Shown: positions 44,790 to 54,218 of the stretch, one piece after another
Layout: each line of letters begins with the position of its first letter
How positions within the stretch are numbered: position 1 is the first letter of the stretch
Assembly (NCBI GenBank): GCA_030685065.1
Contig: JAUXQH010000054.1
Location: 120,280-184,279 of the forward strand
Length of the DNA: 64,000 nt
Source: Pseudomonadota bacterium
Lineage (GTDB): Bacteria > Myxococcota_A > UBA796 > SXON01
Direction of reading: 5' to 3'
Translations under genes and position numbers: made by a program
Notes under the pieces: model-generated
What the model was told of the DNA's origin: nothing
Database searches by the model: none
What the model saw: only the letters and a program-made list of their open reading frames with translations

Positions 44790-46763
44790 TTGAGACGCTT
44801 CGCCCCTTTGCTGCTCCTTGCCGCATGCTCCGTCGACAACGGATTCGCCTCGAAGGATGATCGCGCGGGCGTCGACACCGGCGCAACCGACGAGCCGCCC
44901 ATCGACGAGGACGGCGACGGCGAGGTGGACGAGGCCTGCAACGGCGTCGACGACGATGGCGACGGGGAGATCGACGAGGGCTTCTCCGACGCCGACGGGA
45001 ACGGACGCGCGGACTGCCTCGACGCCTTCTGTCCGGACATGGACGCCGGGGTCGCCGGCGCGATCGCCATCCGAGAGGACTGCCTCGGCACCTCGGGCGG
45101 GAGCGGCGGCACGGTGACCGATCCCTGGAACGTGCGGACCAAGTGGACCTTCAGCGCGCCCGCGGCCGACCCGAGCGCGATGAACTCCTACGCGCAGCCC
45201 GTGATCGGCAACCTCGACGACGACGATGGCGACGGCGACATCGACGCGGACGACTCGCCCGAGGTGGTCATCGTCGCCTTCGGCTCGCGGGGCTACATCG
45301 TCGCGATCGACGGCGCGACCGGCATCGAGAAGTGGTCCTACCCGAACGCGAGCCCCTCCGGGGGCGTGCTCATCGCCGACATCGACTCCGACGGCTTTCC
45401 CGACGTGGTGGGCTTCGACACCTCCGGGCGGCCGATGGCGCTGGAGGGAGATGGCACCCGCAAGTGGCAGGCCTCCCGCGCGCCCACCTCGACCAGCTAC
45501 CCCATGGTGAGCGTGGCCGACCTGGATGGCGACGGCCGGCCCGAGGTCATCGCGGACGACCTGGTGATCAACGGGGAGGACGGCTCGATCGCCTTCAGCC
45601 TCAACGCCCCCGTCTCGAACCCCTACCGCATCGCCGCGGTGGCCGACGTCGATCTGGACGGTGACCAGGAGATCTTCCTGGCCGGCACCGCGTACGACAG
45701 CGACGGATCGACCCTCTGGACCACCCGCGAGCGCGGCACCTACGGGTTCTGGCCGATCATCCTCCAGGCAGACGCCGACCCGGAGGCCGAGATCGGGTTC
45801 GTCGGGGAGAACTGGTCGCTCTGGGACCACGACGGCACGCAGCTGTACAGCGTCCGCTACGGGAGCAGCGCGCAGCCCGGGCCGCCCTGTGCCGGAGACT
45901 TCGACGGGGACGGCGCGACGGAGGTGGCCTGGCCCGCCTACCAGACCCTCGTGATGTACAACCTCGACGGATCGCCCGTCTGGTCGGTCCCGATGGACGA
46001 CACGTCCGGGCTGGCGGGCTGCTCGGGCTGGGACGTCGATGGGGACGGCGCGCTCGAGGTGCTCTTCGCCGACCAGACCACGTTCACCATCTTCGACGGC
46101 GCGACGGGCGCCGAACGCTACGTCGAGAGCCAGCACCGCTCCGGCACCGTGTTCGAGTACCCGACCGTGGCCGACATCGACGATGACGAGCACGCTGAGA
46201 TCCTGTTCGTGAGCAACTACGGCGCGCCCTGGGGCGTGCTCAAGGTCATCGAGCACGCGGGGGACGGGTGGCCGGCCGCGGGCAGCACCTGGGCGGTCCA
46301 CGACTTCGCGATGACCAACGTGATGCCGGACGGCAGCGTGCCGGCCTCGCCCGATCCGTTCTGGACCGAGTTCGGCGTGTACCGGGCGCGCGTCGCCTCC
46401 GACGAGCCCGGCTCGCCCGATCTCGTCGCCACGATCACCGACGTTTGCCTGGCGGACTGCGACTACGGCCCGGTGCAGGTGTCGGTCCAGGTCTCGAACC
46501 AGGGTGGCGTCGGTGTCGATCCGGGCGCGGTGCTGTCCCTCTACGCGGACGACCGCCCCGACCGCCTGGTCGGCACGGCGGTCCTGCCGGCCATCGCGCC
46601 GGGCCGGATGCTCGCGGGCGTCACGTTCGAGCTCAGCCCCGGGGACGTGGGCCGGAACGGCTTCCTCGCGATCATCGACGATGACGGGACCGGCCTCGGC
46701 GTCATCGAAGAGTGCGATGAGACCAACAACCAGGACGACTACGCCGACGCCGAGTGCCCCTGA
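44790..46763 (+). CDS. FG-GAP/VCBS-repeat lipoprotein with an N-terminal acidic Cys-containing metal-binding-like motif and a C-terminal CARDB-like domain
   Basis: Leader is MRRFAPLLLLAAC, followed by DEACNGVDDDGDGEIDEGF. Repeated D.DGDG.PEV/I units (DDDGDGDIDADDSPEVV, DIDSDGFPDVV, DLDGDGRPEVI, DVDLDGDQEIF, DFDGDGATEVA, DVDGDGALEVL, DIDDDEHAEIL). The tail is PDLVATITDV......VQVSVQVSNQG. Confidence 0.85.
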   Translation: MRRFAPLLLLAACSVDNGFASKDDRAGVDTGATDEPPIDEDGDGEVDEACNGVDDDGDGEIDEGFSDADGNGRADCLDAFCPDMDAGVAGAIAIREDCLGTSGGSGGTVTDPWNVRTKWTFSAPAADPSAMNSYAQPVIGNLDDDDGDGDIDADDSPEVVIVAFGSRGYIVAIDGATGIEKWSYPNASPSGGVLIADIDSDGFPDVVGFDTSGRPMALEGDGTRKWQASRAPTSTSYPMVSVADLDGDGRPEVIADDLVINGEDGSIAFSLNAPVSNPYRIAAVADVDLDGDQEIFLAGTAYDSDGSTLWTTRERGTYGFWPIILQADADPEAEIGFVGENWSLWDHDGTQLYSVRYGSSAQPGPPCAGDFDGDGATEVAWPAYQTLVMYNLDGSPVWSVPMDDTSGLAGCSGWDVDGDGALEVLFADQTTFTIFDGATGAERYVESQHRSGTVFEYPTVADIDDDEHAEILFVSNYGAPWGVLKVIEHAGDGWPAAGSTWAVHDFAMTNVMPDGSVPASPDPFWTEFGVYRARVASDEPGSPDLVATITDVCLADCDYGPVQVSVQVSNQGGVGVDPGAVLSLYADDRPDRLVGTAVLPAIAPGRMLAGVTFELSPGDVGRNGFLAIIDDDGTGLGVIEECDETNNQDDYADAECP

Positions 46764-46770
46764 CTCGGAC

Positions 46771-46795
46771 CGGCGGCAGGGCCCTCCTGCCGCCG
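46771..46795. terminator. Bidirectional hairpin between convergent genes (10-bp perfect GC stem, 5-nt loop)
   Basis: cggcggcagg-gccct-cctgccgccg read directly. Located between the FG-GAP stop (46763) and the SWIB stop (46812). There is no U-tract. Confidence 0.55.
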
Positions 46796-46811
46796 ACCTC
46801 CGCCTCTTGGC

Positions 46812-47210
46812 CTAGCCTACGTGCTGGTTGACGAGCTTCGTCATCTCGAACATGGTGACCTGCTCCTTTCCCCCGAACACGGGCTTCAGGCGCTCGTCCG
46901 CGTGGATCACCCGCCCGTCACTCTTGTCCTGGAGCGCGTTCTTGCGGACGTACTCCCAGATGCGCTTGGTGATCTCGGCGCGTGTGGCCGGATCCCCGCC
47001 GATGACCTTGGCCAACGCCGCGTCGGGCGTCACGGTCTGGGCGAGTCCGCCCCGCACCGGGCCCGACTCCGCGTCCGCCGCCTTGGCCGTCTTGGCGCCG
47101 CCGGTCTTGGTGGCCGCCACCCTCGGCTTGCCTGCGGCCTCGCCTTTCGTGGCCTTGACCGCCGCCGCCTTGCCGTTGCCCTTTCCCCCGCTGACTCGTT
47201 CTTCCGCCAT
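46812..47210 (-). CDS. SWIB/MDM2-domain protein with a Lys/Ala-rich histone-H1-like N-terminal tail
   Basis: The C-terminal 80 aa match bacterial SWIB proteins: ALAKVIGGDPATRAEITKRIWEYVRKNALQDKSDGRVIHADERLKPVFGGKEQVTMFEMTKLV. The N-terminal tail is KGNGKAAAVKATKGEAAGKPRVAATKTGGAKTAKAA. Confidence 0.85.
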   Translation of the reverse strand: MAEERVSGGKGNGKAAAVKATKGEAAGKPRVAATKTGGAKTAKAADAESGPVRGGLAQTVTPDAALAKVIGGDPATRAEITKRIWEYVRKNALQDKSDGRVIHADERLKPVFGGKEQVTMFEMTKLVNQHVG

Positions 47211-47303
47211 GGCACCTCCCGGAGAGGAGAGTAGGAGTGCCGAGGGCGAACGGCGAGCCTCGAACGCATCTTCGAGAAAGATGAGGCAAGATCCCGGTCG
47301 AGG

Positions 47304-48587
47304 TCAGATGCCGACCTTGGCCCGCACGTAGTCGCCGTAGCCGGGCATCACGCCTTCGTAATAGTCGCGATAGTACCAGACGTAGTCGGGTGTGTAGGGG
47401 CGCTTGGGGTCGGTGGATGCGTCCGCTTCGGACAGATCCCACGCGGCCTGCGCGATCGCCATGATGTCGGAGGCCTCGTAGGCGACCACGGCCTCGCCGA
47501 TCTTCGTCTGCAGCTCGGTCACACAGGCGGCGTCGTACATGCAGGCGTACCCGAGCCGGCCCCCCACGACGTTCCACGTGCGGCCGGAGTACTCGTACTC
47601 GTCCCACGACTCGTCCGTGCCCCAGGGCGCGAACGCGATGCGCCCCTCATTCGCGGGGTCGGCGTAGATGAGCACGTCGTTCAGCGTGAACGGATATCCG
47701 TCGTAGTTGCCGGTCGCCGCGCACCAGGCCCAGTACTCGAGCCACTGGTCGACGTCGATGAGGCCCCCGAGCTCCCCGAAGAAGTCCCCCTGGTAGGTGT
47801 CCAGCGCCGCGGTGACGGCCTGGAGCGCCGCCGGGTCGCCGTCTCCGCTCTTGGAGACCCACCCCGTGTCGAGGTACTGCGTGTAGAAGTCCCCGTAGTA
47901 GTCGGCCGTGCCCCAGAGGTTGCCGGTCGCATCGGAGAAGCGGCGCCGGAGCCAGCGGTCGTCCGCGCTCTCGAGGTTGGCGTACAGGCCCCACGGCTCG
48001 CCGTTGAGCGTCACCCGAGCGTAGCTGCAGCGCGACGCGAGCTGGCTGTGCCGGTTGAGGAGGTCGTACACGATGACCTCCTTGCTCTGCGTGTAGTCGG
48101 AGGTCATGTTGTTGAGCGTGATGCGCTCGAGGTCCCCGTAGCGCTGGTCGACGACGAACTCGTTCAGCTTGATCTTGAACGCCGCCTTGCAGTAGCCGTC
48201 GTCGCAGTTGAGATCCTGGTAGGTGCTGGATCCCTTCAGGCGCACGCCGACCTCGGAGAAGAACACCCCGTTGATCGTCACGTCTCCCTGGACGTAGCCC
48301 TCGGTGCCGAAATTCAACTGGCGGATGTTGCGATCCGACAGGGTGATGTCGACGGTCTGGATCACGGTGGGGTCGAAGAAGGCGGCGTAGATCTCGTCGT
48401 CGTCGTCCGTGGTGTCGGTGTCGGCGGCGGTGTCGTCGTCACCGCCGATCACCTCGATGGTGTCGGAGTCCACCTCGGTGTCCGAATCGGAGTCGCCCGA
48501 TTCGGCGCCCGTGTCGTTGACGGTGCGGATGACGGACGAGTCGCAGCCGACGAGCAGGGAGGCCAGGACGAGCAGCACGGGCTTCAT
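47304..48587 (-). CDS. CotH kinase-family lipoprotein
   Basis: Leader is MKPVLLVLASLLVGC, followed by an acidic D/T/S linker. CotH-like core: TINGVFFSEVGVRLKGSSTY, ITLNNMTSDYTQSKEVIVYDLL, VTLNGEPWGLYANLESADDRWLRRRF. Confidence 0.85.
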   Translation of the reverse strand: MKPVLLVLASLLVGCDSSVIRTVNDTGAESGDSDSDTEVDSDTIEVIGGDDDTAADTDTTDDDDEIYAAFFDPTVIQTVDITLSDRNIRQLNFGTEGYVQGDVTINGVFFSEVGVRLKGSSTYQDLNCDDGYCKAAFKIKLNEFVVDQRYGDLERITLNNMTSDYTQSKEVIVYDLLNRHSQLASRCSYARVTLNGEPWGLYANLESADDRWLRRRFSDATGNLWGTADYYGDFYTQYLDTGWVSKSGDGDPAALQAVTAALDTYQGDFFGELGGLIDVDQWLEYWAWCAATGNYDGYPFTLNDVLIYADPANEGRIAFAPWGTDESWDEYEYSGRTWNVVGGRLGYACMYDAACVTELQTKIGEAVVAYEASDIMAIAQAAWDLSEADASTDPKRPYTPDYVWYYRDYYEGVMPGYGDYVRAKVGI

Positions 48588-48642
48588 GGCGGGGAGATTA
48601 CACGGATCTTTCAGCGCGCGCGCGGGCTATGGGAGGGGCGCC

Positions 48643-49977
48643 ATGTCATTGCGCGTGCTGGTCATCGACGATGAGCGGAACATCCGTCTCACGCTCTCGG
48701 TTCTGGTGCAGTCCATGGGCCACTCGGCGCAGGCGGCGGCCACGTCGCTGGAGGCGATCGCGGCGCTTCGCGCCCATACGTTCGACGTCGCGTTGTTGGA
48801 TCTGAAGCTCGGCAGCACCTCCGGGCTCGATCTGCTCCCACGCATGCTCGATCTCGCGCCAGATCTCCAGGTCGTGTTGATGACCGCCTTCGCGTCCATC
48901 CCGACCGCGGTGGAGGCCATGCGGCGCGGCGCGCGGGACTACCTCCCCAAGCCCTTCGAGCCCGAGCAGATCCGCGCGCTCCTCGACGAGATTGGGCGGG
49001 AGCGCGGGCTCCGGCAGCGGATCACCGAGCTCGAAGACCGGCTTCGCGAGGTGCCGGAGGCCGACTTCACGACCGAGAGCCCGGCGATGCAGACCGTGCT
49101 CGATCTCGCGCGTCGGGTCTCGAGCGCCGAGGCGCCGGTCCTGCTCCGCGGGGAGAGCGGGACCGGGAAAGGCGTGCTCGCGCGGTTCATCCACGCGCAC
49201 AGCCCCCGCGCGGGTGGGCCGTTCGCGGTGGTCAATTGTCCGACGCTCTCCGAGGAGCTCCTGGCCGCCGAGCTGTTCGGCCACGTACGCGGCGCCTTCA
49301 CCGGCGCGGTGAAGGACGCCCCCGGCCGCGTGGAGGCCGCCGAAGGGGGGACCCTCTTCCTCGACGAGGTCGGCGAGATCTCCCCGTCCGTGCAGGCGCG
49401 GCTCCTGCGGTTTCTCCAGGATCACCAATTCGAGCGCGTCGGCGACGTACGGACCCGCACCGCGAACGTGCGCATCCTCGCCGCGACCAACCGCGTGCTC
49501 GACGCGGAGGTCCGCGCGGGCCGCTTCCGGGAGGACCTCCTCTACCGCCTGAACGTCATCGAGCTGACGCTCCCCCCGCTGCGTGAACGCCGAGAGGACA
49601 TCCCGCGCCTCGCGAGCGGCTACCTCGCCCACTTCGGGCGCGCGCAGAAGCGTCCGGCCCTCCGCTTCGCCGATGACGTGCTCGCCCGGCTCCTCGCGCA
49701 CGAGTGGCCCGGAAACCTGCGCGAGCTCCGGAACGCGGTGGAGCGCGCCGTCATCCTCGCCACCGGGAACGTGGTCGACGCCCGCCTCCTGCCCGGCGCC
49801 ATCCCCCTGGCGGACGGCGCGCCGGTGCTCGGAGGGGACGTTCCGTTGGAGGCCATCGAGCGCGAGCACATCCTGCGCGTGCTGGCGAAGCACGGGCGCC
49901 CCGAGGAGGCGGCGCGGGTGCTCGGGATCGATCCCGCCACGCTCTGGCGCAAGCGAAAGCGGTGGGAAGGGGTCTGA
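48643..49977 (+). CDS. Sigma-54-dependent response regulator (NtrC family; AlgB-like)
   Basis: REC is VLVIDDERNIR...LDLKLG. AAA+ motifs are GESGTGKG, GAFTGA and LFLDEVGE. The C-terminal Fis-type HTH is PEEAARVLGIDPATLWRKRKR. GGGAGGGG Shine-Dalgarno at 48631-48638. Confidence 0.92.
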   Translation: MSLRVLVIDDERNIRLTLSVLVQSMGHSAQAAATSLEAIAALRAHTFDVALLDLKLGSTSGLDLLPRMLDLAPDLQVVLMTAFASIPTAVEAMRRGARDYLPKPFEPEQIRALLDEIGRERGLRQRITELEDRLREVPEADFTTESPAMQTVLDLARRVSSAEAPVLLRGESGTGKGVLARFIHAHSPRAGGPFAVVNCPTLSEELLAAELFGHVRGAFTGAVKDAPGRVEAAEGGTLFLDEVGEISPSVQARLLRFLQDHQFERVGDVRTRTANVRILAATNRVLDAEVRAGRFREDLLYRLNVIELTLPPLRERREDIPRLASGYLAHFGRAQKRPALRFADDVLARLLAHEWPGNLRELRNAVERAVILATGNVVDARLLPGAIPLADGAPVLGGDVPLEAIEREHILRVLAKHGRPEEAARVLGIDPATLWRKRKRWEGV

Positions 49978-50017
49978 GGTTGCATCCCCCAGTTGCCCGC
50001 GTGGCGGCGAGCCGGCC

Positions 50018-51835
50018 GTGAAGCTCCAGACCCGAATCCTCCTCGCCCAACTCCCGGCGCTCGTGGTCATCCTCGTGTTGCTCGTGTGGGGCGGCCGCAC
50101 GGTGGAACGCCTGGGCGCCGAGAGCCAGCGAATCCTCGCGCAGAACTACCGTTCGGTGCTCGCCGCGGAGCGGATGAAGGAGTCGATCGAGCGGCTCGAC
50201 TCCGCCGCCCTCTTCGGGGTGGCGGGGAGCCCGGAGCGTGCCGAGGCGATGGTGGCGGAGCACGCGCCCGCGTTCGAAGCCGAGCTCCGGGTGCAGGAGT
50301 CGAACGTGACGGAGCCCGGCGAGGCCCAGATCTCGGCCTCGCTCAGGAGCGCCTGGACCGACTTCCAGACGGTTCATGCGGCCTACCGCGCGGCGCCGCC
50401 CGACGAGGCCCGCCAGATCTATTTCGACGCCCTCCTCCCGGCGTTCAACCGTGTGAAGGACGAGGCTGGGCGCGTGCTCGCCCTGAACCAGGACGCGATG
50501 GTGCGAAAGAGCGACGAGGCCGCTGCGAGCGCCGTCGCCGCGCGCCGCGCCTGGCTCGTCTGGGCGCTCGCGGGCCTGGCCGGCGCCGCCGGTCTGGGCG
50601 GGCTCCTGGCCCATCGGCTCACCGTGCCGCTCCGGGCGATCTCCAAGAGCGCGGAGCGCGTGGGGGACGGACAGCTCGACATCCAACTCCCCCACACCCA
50701 GGTGGAGGAGCTCGATGCGTTGGCGGACGCGTTCAACAAGATGGCATCCCGGCTGCGCCTGTATCGGAAGGCGAGTGACAGCGAGCTGGCGCGGGCGCGT
50801 GAATCCGCCCAGGCGGCCATCGAGAGCCTCGCGGATCCTGTCCTGGTGCTCACCCTGCGCGGCGAGCTCCGCGCCTCGAACGGCGCCGCTCGACGACTGT
50901 TGGCCATCGACACACGTACGCGCCGGCTCGATCAGTTGGATCCGGAGCTCGAGCTGGCGGTGGAGCGCGCGCGGGCGGCCGTCGTCGAGATCGGCCGGCC
51001 GGTGATCCCCGCGGACTTCTCGGGCGTGGTGGTGATCGACAGCTCCGAGGGCGAGCGGGCCCTCCTCCCGCACGCCACCCCCATCAACGACGCGGCCACC
51101 GGCGAGCTCGTGGGGGTGACCGTGCTGCTGCAGGACGTGACCCGCTTGCGACGCCTGGACGAGCTCAAGGGCAACCTCGTCCAGACCGTGGCGCACGAGC
51201 TGCGCACGCCGCTCACGTCTCTCGGCATGGCACTCCACCTCGCGCTCGACGAGCGGGTGAGCGGGCCTCTCGACCCGAAGCTGGGGGAGCTCATCGCGAC
51301 CGCGCGCGAGGACGTGCAGCGGCTGCGCGCGCTGGTCGAGGATCTGCTCGATCTGTCCCGGATCCAGGAGGGCCGGGTGGTGCTGCGCCGGGCGCCCGTC
51401 TCCCCCGCCTCCTTGTTGACGTTCGTCTGGGAGGCGGTGCGCACCCCGGCCGACGCCGCGGGGGTTGACGTTCGTCTGGCCGTGTCGCCCGACCTTCCCC
51501 CGGTCTCGGTCGACCGGCCCCGAATGGTCGTCGCGTTGACCAACCTCGCGATCAACGCGATCCGTCACGCCCCACGAGACACGACGGTCTGGTTGCGCGC
51601 CGTCACTGGCCCCGAGGGGGTGCGCTTCGAAGTGGACGACGCGGGGCCGGGCGTGCCCCCCGCAGAGCGTGACCGCATCTTCGATCCCTTCGTGCGGGGC
51701 GCCGAGGAGGAGGGCGCCGGGGTGGGCCTGGGGCTCTACATCGCGCGCGAGGTTGCCTTCGCGCACGGCGGCCGCCTCGGGGTGACGGACGCGGACGGCG
51801 TCGGCGCGCGGTTCTGGATGGAGGTGCCTCGGTAG
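50018..51835 (+). CDS. Sensor histidine kinase (KinB-like sensor - HAMP - PAS - HisKA - HATPase)
   Basis: The N-terminus VKLQTRILLAQLPALVVILVLL... resembles KinB. HAMP is PLRAISKSAERVGDGQLD....ELDALADAFNKMA. H-box is VAHELRTPLTSL. G-boxes are DDAGPGV and GVGLGL. GTG start chosen at 50018. Confidence 0.88.
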   Translation: MKLQTRILLAQLPALVVILVLLVWGGRTVERLGAESQRILAQNYRSVLAAERMKESIERLDSAALFGVAGSPERAEAMVAEHAPAFEAELRVQESNVTEPGEAQISASLRSAWTDFQTVHAAYRAAPPDEARQIYFDALLPAFNRVKDEAGRVLALNQDAMVRKSDEAAASAVAARRAWLVWALAGLAGAAGLGGLLAHRLTVPLRAISKSAERVGDGQLDIQLPHTQVEELDALADAFNKMASRLRLYRKASDSELARARESAQAAIESLADPVLVLTLRGELRASNGAARRLLAIDTRTRRLDQLDPELELAVERARAAVVEIGRPVIPADFSGVVVIDSSEGERALLPHATPINDAATGELVGVTVLLQDVTRLRRLDELKGNLVQTVAHELRTPLTSLGMALHLALDERVSGPLDPKLGELIATAREDVQRLRALVEDLLDLSRIQEGRVVLRRAPVSPASLLTFVWEAVRTPADAAGVDVRLAVSPDLPPVSVDRPRMVVALTNLAINAIRHAPRDTTVWLRAVTGPEGVRFEVDDAGPGVPPAERDRIFDPFVRGAEEEGAGVGLGLYIAREVAFAHGGRLGVTDADGVGARFWMEVPR

Positions 51836-51839
51836 GACG

Positions 51840-52076
51840 TCAAACCGCGGCGTAGAGCCAGCTCGCCACCTGGAAACCGCCGATCACGAGCAGCGCCACG
51901 AGGCAGGGCGCGACGATGCAGAGGAGCAGGTCCAGCCAGTCGGGCAGCGGCGCCTCGGGGGCAGGGCCCGTCGGTGGGCCCCCACCGTGCAGGAGCGGGG
52001 GCACGAGGGTGAGGTGGATCGGGCGCGGTGTGGGTTGGGCGACCCGGGCGAAGCGGTCGATACGGTTCGGAAGCAT
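51840..52076 (-). CDS. Possible 78-aa tail-anchored membrane protein
   Basis: Third positions are about 85-90 percent G/C by my count. There is a C-terminal TM helix (LDLLLCIVAPCLVALLVIGGF). No homology and no clear RBS. Confidence 0.3.
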   Translation of the reverse strand: MLPNRIDRFARVAQPTPRPIHLTLVPPLLHGGGPPTGPAPEAPLPDWLDLLLCIVAPCLVALLVIGGFQVASWLYAAV

Positions 52077-52163
52077 GCCCTGGGGGAGAGCAAGACGCGT
52101 GCCGCCGGCCTACCCGGCCAAAACCCTCCCCGAACCGTCCTGGACCTTGCAATCTGCACGAAG

Positions 52164-52179
52164 TGGGTTGCAGAATGCA
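52164..52179 (+). promoter_or_regulatory. Candidate sigma-54 (-24/-12) promoter TGGGTTGCAGAATGCA upstream of the permease gene
   Basis: GG and GC have the canonical 12-nt register (consensus TGGCACG-N4-TTGCA). It lies 68 nt upstream of ATG 52247 and next to an NtrC-family regulator gene. Confidence 0.35.
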
Positions 52180-52246
52180 ATTAGACCCCGTTGCACCTGA
52201 AATTACACACAGGCGGCCCGATCGGGTGCACGTTAGCCGTCGCCGC

Positions 52247-54202
52247 ATGCAGAGCGCCCATCCATCACCCGAGCCTCCGCCGAGCGTCTCGCCCCTGAGC
52301 CGTTGGCTTCGGCACGGGAGCGAAGCGGAGCACGGCCCGCACCCGGAGTGGCCGTGGTACCGCGTGTTGTGGCTCACGGGCGTCGACTACTTCTCGACCC
52401 TCGGCTACCAACCCGGCATCGCTCTCCTGGCGGCGGGTGCCATCGCGCCCCTGGCCACCACGGTCCTCGTGCTCGTCACGCTGTTCGGGGCGTTGCCCAT
52501 CTACCGGGAGGTGGCAAGGCGCTCGTACCTCGGGCACGGCTCGATCTCGATGTTGGAGAACCTGCTCCCCGGGTGGCCCGGCAAGCTCTTCGTCCTGGCG
52601 CTGCTCGGCTTCGCGACGACCGATTTTGTCATCACGATGACCCTCTCCGCGGCGGACGCCGCGACCCACGCGGTGGAGAACCCCTTTCTCGAGCATTGGC
52701 TGCACGGCCATGAGATGGGTCTCACCATCGGGATGCTCGCGCTGCTCGCCCTCGTCTTCCTGGTCGGTTTTCGCGAGGCGATCGGCCTGGCCACGTGGAT
52801 CGCGGTCCCGTATCTGGTGCTCAATACGTTGGTGGTGGGGCGCTCGCTCTGGGAGGTCGCGCACCACCCCGAGGCCTGGGCCAACTGGGAGCGCTCGTTG
52901 GAGATGCGCGGGAGCTGGACGGCGTTGATGGTCGCCTCCATCTTCGCCTTCCCGAAGCTGGCCCTGGGCCTGTCCGGCTTCGAGACGGGCGTGACGGTCA
53001 TGCCGCTCGTGGAGGGGACTCCGCCCGATCCCACCCATCCTCCCCATCTCCCCGGCGGGCCCCCCACCGGCCGCATCCGCGCCGCGGGCCGGATGCTCAC
53101 CGCCGCCGCCCTCATCATGAGCGCCCTGCTCATCGGGTCGAGCGTGTCGACGACCGTGCTCATCCCCGAAGCGGAGTGGCGGGAAGGGGGAGCGGCGTCC
53201 GGGCGCGCGCTCGCGTGGCTGGCCCACACCTATTTCGGGGACGTGTTCGGCACGATCTACGACGCTTCCACCATCCTCATCCTCTGGTTCGCGGGGGCCT
53301 CGGCCATGGCCGCGCTCCTGACCCTGATCCCGCGGTACCTCCCGCGCTTCGGGATGGCCCCCCACTGGGTCAGCTTCTCCCGGCCGCTGATCCTCTTGCT
53401 GTTCCTCATCGACGTGGTGGTCACGTGGGTGTTCGACGCGGATGTCGAGGCACAAGGCGGCGCCTATGCCACCGGTGTCCTCGCGCTCATGCTCTCGGCG
53501 GCCGTCGCCGTGACGCTGGCGCTCCGGCAGGAGGCCCGCGCCGAACGGGTCCCCCCGTGGCGGGCGCTCCCGTTCGCCCTGATCACCGCGGTGTTCGCCT
53601 TCACCCTCGTCGACAACGTCATCGAGCGTCCCGACGGGCTCATCATCTCGTCGATCTTCATCGGCGCGATCGTGACGCTCGGGGCCGTTTCGCGCTTCCG
53701 CCGCGCCACCGAGCTGCGAGTGGAGCGCCTCGAGTTCCTGAACCCGGAGTCGAAGGAGCTCTGGGAGGAGATGCGCCCGCGAAAGGTTCACTTCGTCACG
53801 GTGAAACACACCGATACGGTGTACGCGCGGGTGAAGGCGCGGCTGCGGCGACACTACGCGCTGAAGGGGCCGATCGCGTTTCTCCACGTGGAGCTCGCCA
53901 AGGACCGGAGCCAGTTCGATACGCCGGTCCAGCTGCGAGTACAGCGTCTGGGGGACGATTTCCGGATCACCGTCTACAACGCGGTCGCGGTCGCGAACAC
54001 CATCGCGTATCTCTCCGAGCAGCTCGATCCGATCAGCATCATCCTCGGCCTCACGCGCGAGAATCCGATGACCCAGGCGTTCCGGTACCTCCTCTGGGGA
54101 GAGGGGGAGACCGGAATCCTGGTCTACCAGATCCTCCTCAAGCACTGGCGTCGGTCGCCGGAGGACGACCTGCGGCCCAACATCTACCTGATGAGCGATT
54201 GA
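52247..54202 (+). CDS. APC-superfamily-like polytopic permease with a ~200-aa cytoplasmic C-terminal domain
   Basis: About 12 hydrophobic helices (WLTGVDYFSTLGYQPGIALLAAG..., FVLALLGFATTDFVITMTLS...), then a soluble tail (RVERLEFLNPESKELWEEMRP...VHFVTV...). Start set at internal ATG 52247. Confidence 0.75.
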   Translation: MQSAHPSPEPPPSVSPLSRWLRHGSEAEHGPHPEWPWYRVLWLTGVDYFSTLGYQPGIALLAAGAIAPLATTVLVLVTLFGALPIYREVARRSYLGHGSISMLENLLPGWPGKLFVLALLGFATTDFVITMTLSAADAATHAVENPFLEHWLHGHEMGLTIGMLALLALVFLVGFREAIGLATWIAVPYLVLNTLVVGRSLWEVAHHPEAWANWERSLEMRGSWTALMVASIFAFPKLALGLSGFETGVTVMPLVEGTPPDPTHPPHLPGGPPTGRIRAAGRMLTAAALIMSALLIGSSVSTTVLIPEAEWREGGAASGRALAWLAHTYFGDVFGTIYDASTILILWFAGASAMAALLTLIPRYLPRFGMAPHWVSFSRPLILLLFLIDVVVTWVFDADVEAQGGAYATGVLALMLSAAVAVTLALRQEARAERVPPWRALPFALITAVFAFTLVDNVIERPDGLIISSIFIGAIVTLGAVSRFRRATELRVERLEFLNPESKELWEEMRPRKVHFVTVKHTDTVYARVKARLRRHYALKGPIAFLHVELAKDRSQFDTPVQLRVQRLGDDFRITVYNAVAVANTIAYLSEQLDPISIILGLTRENPMTQAFRYLLWGEGETGILVYQILLKHWRRSPEDDLRPNIYLMSD

Positions 54203-54218
54203 GGGAGCGTCATGTCGA

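Noticed and set aside
52141-52158. A second sigma-54-like string, TGGACCTTGCAATCTGCA, lies just upstream of the reported candidate.
   Set aside because: The GG-to-GC spacing is two nucleotides too long for a -24/-12 promoter. It is kept only as a possible inverted-repeat (TGCA-atc-TGCA) element.
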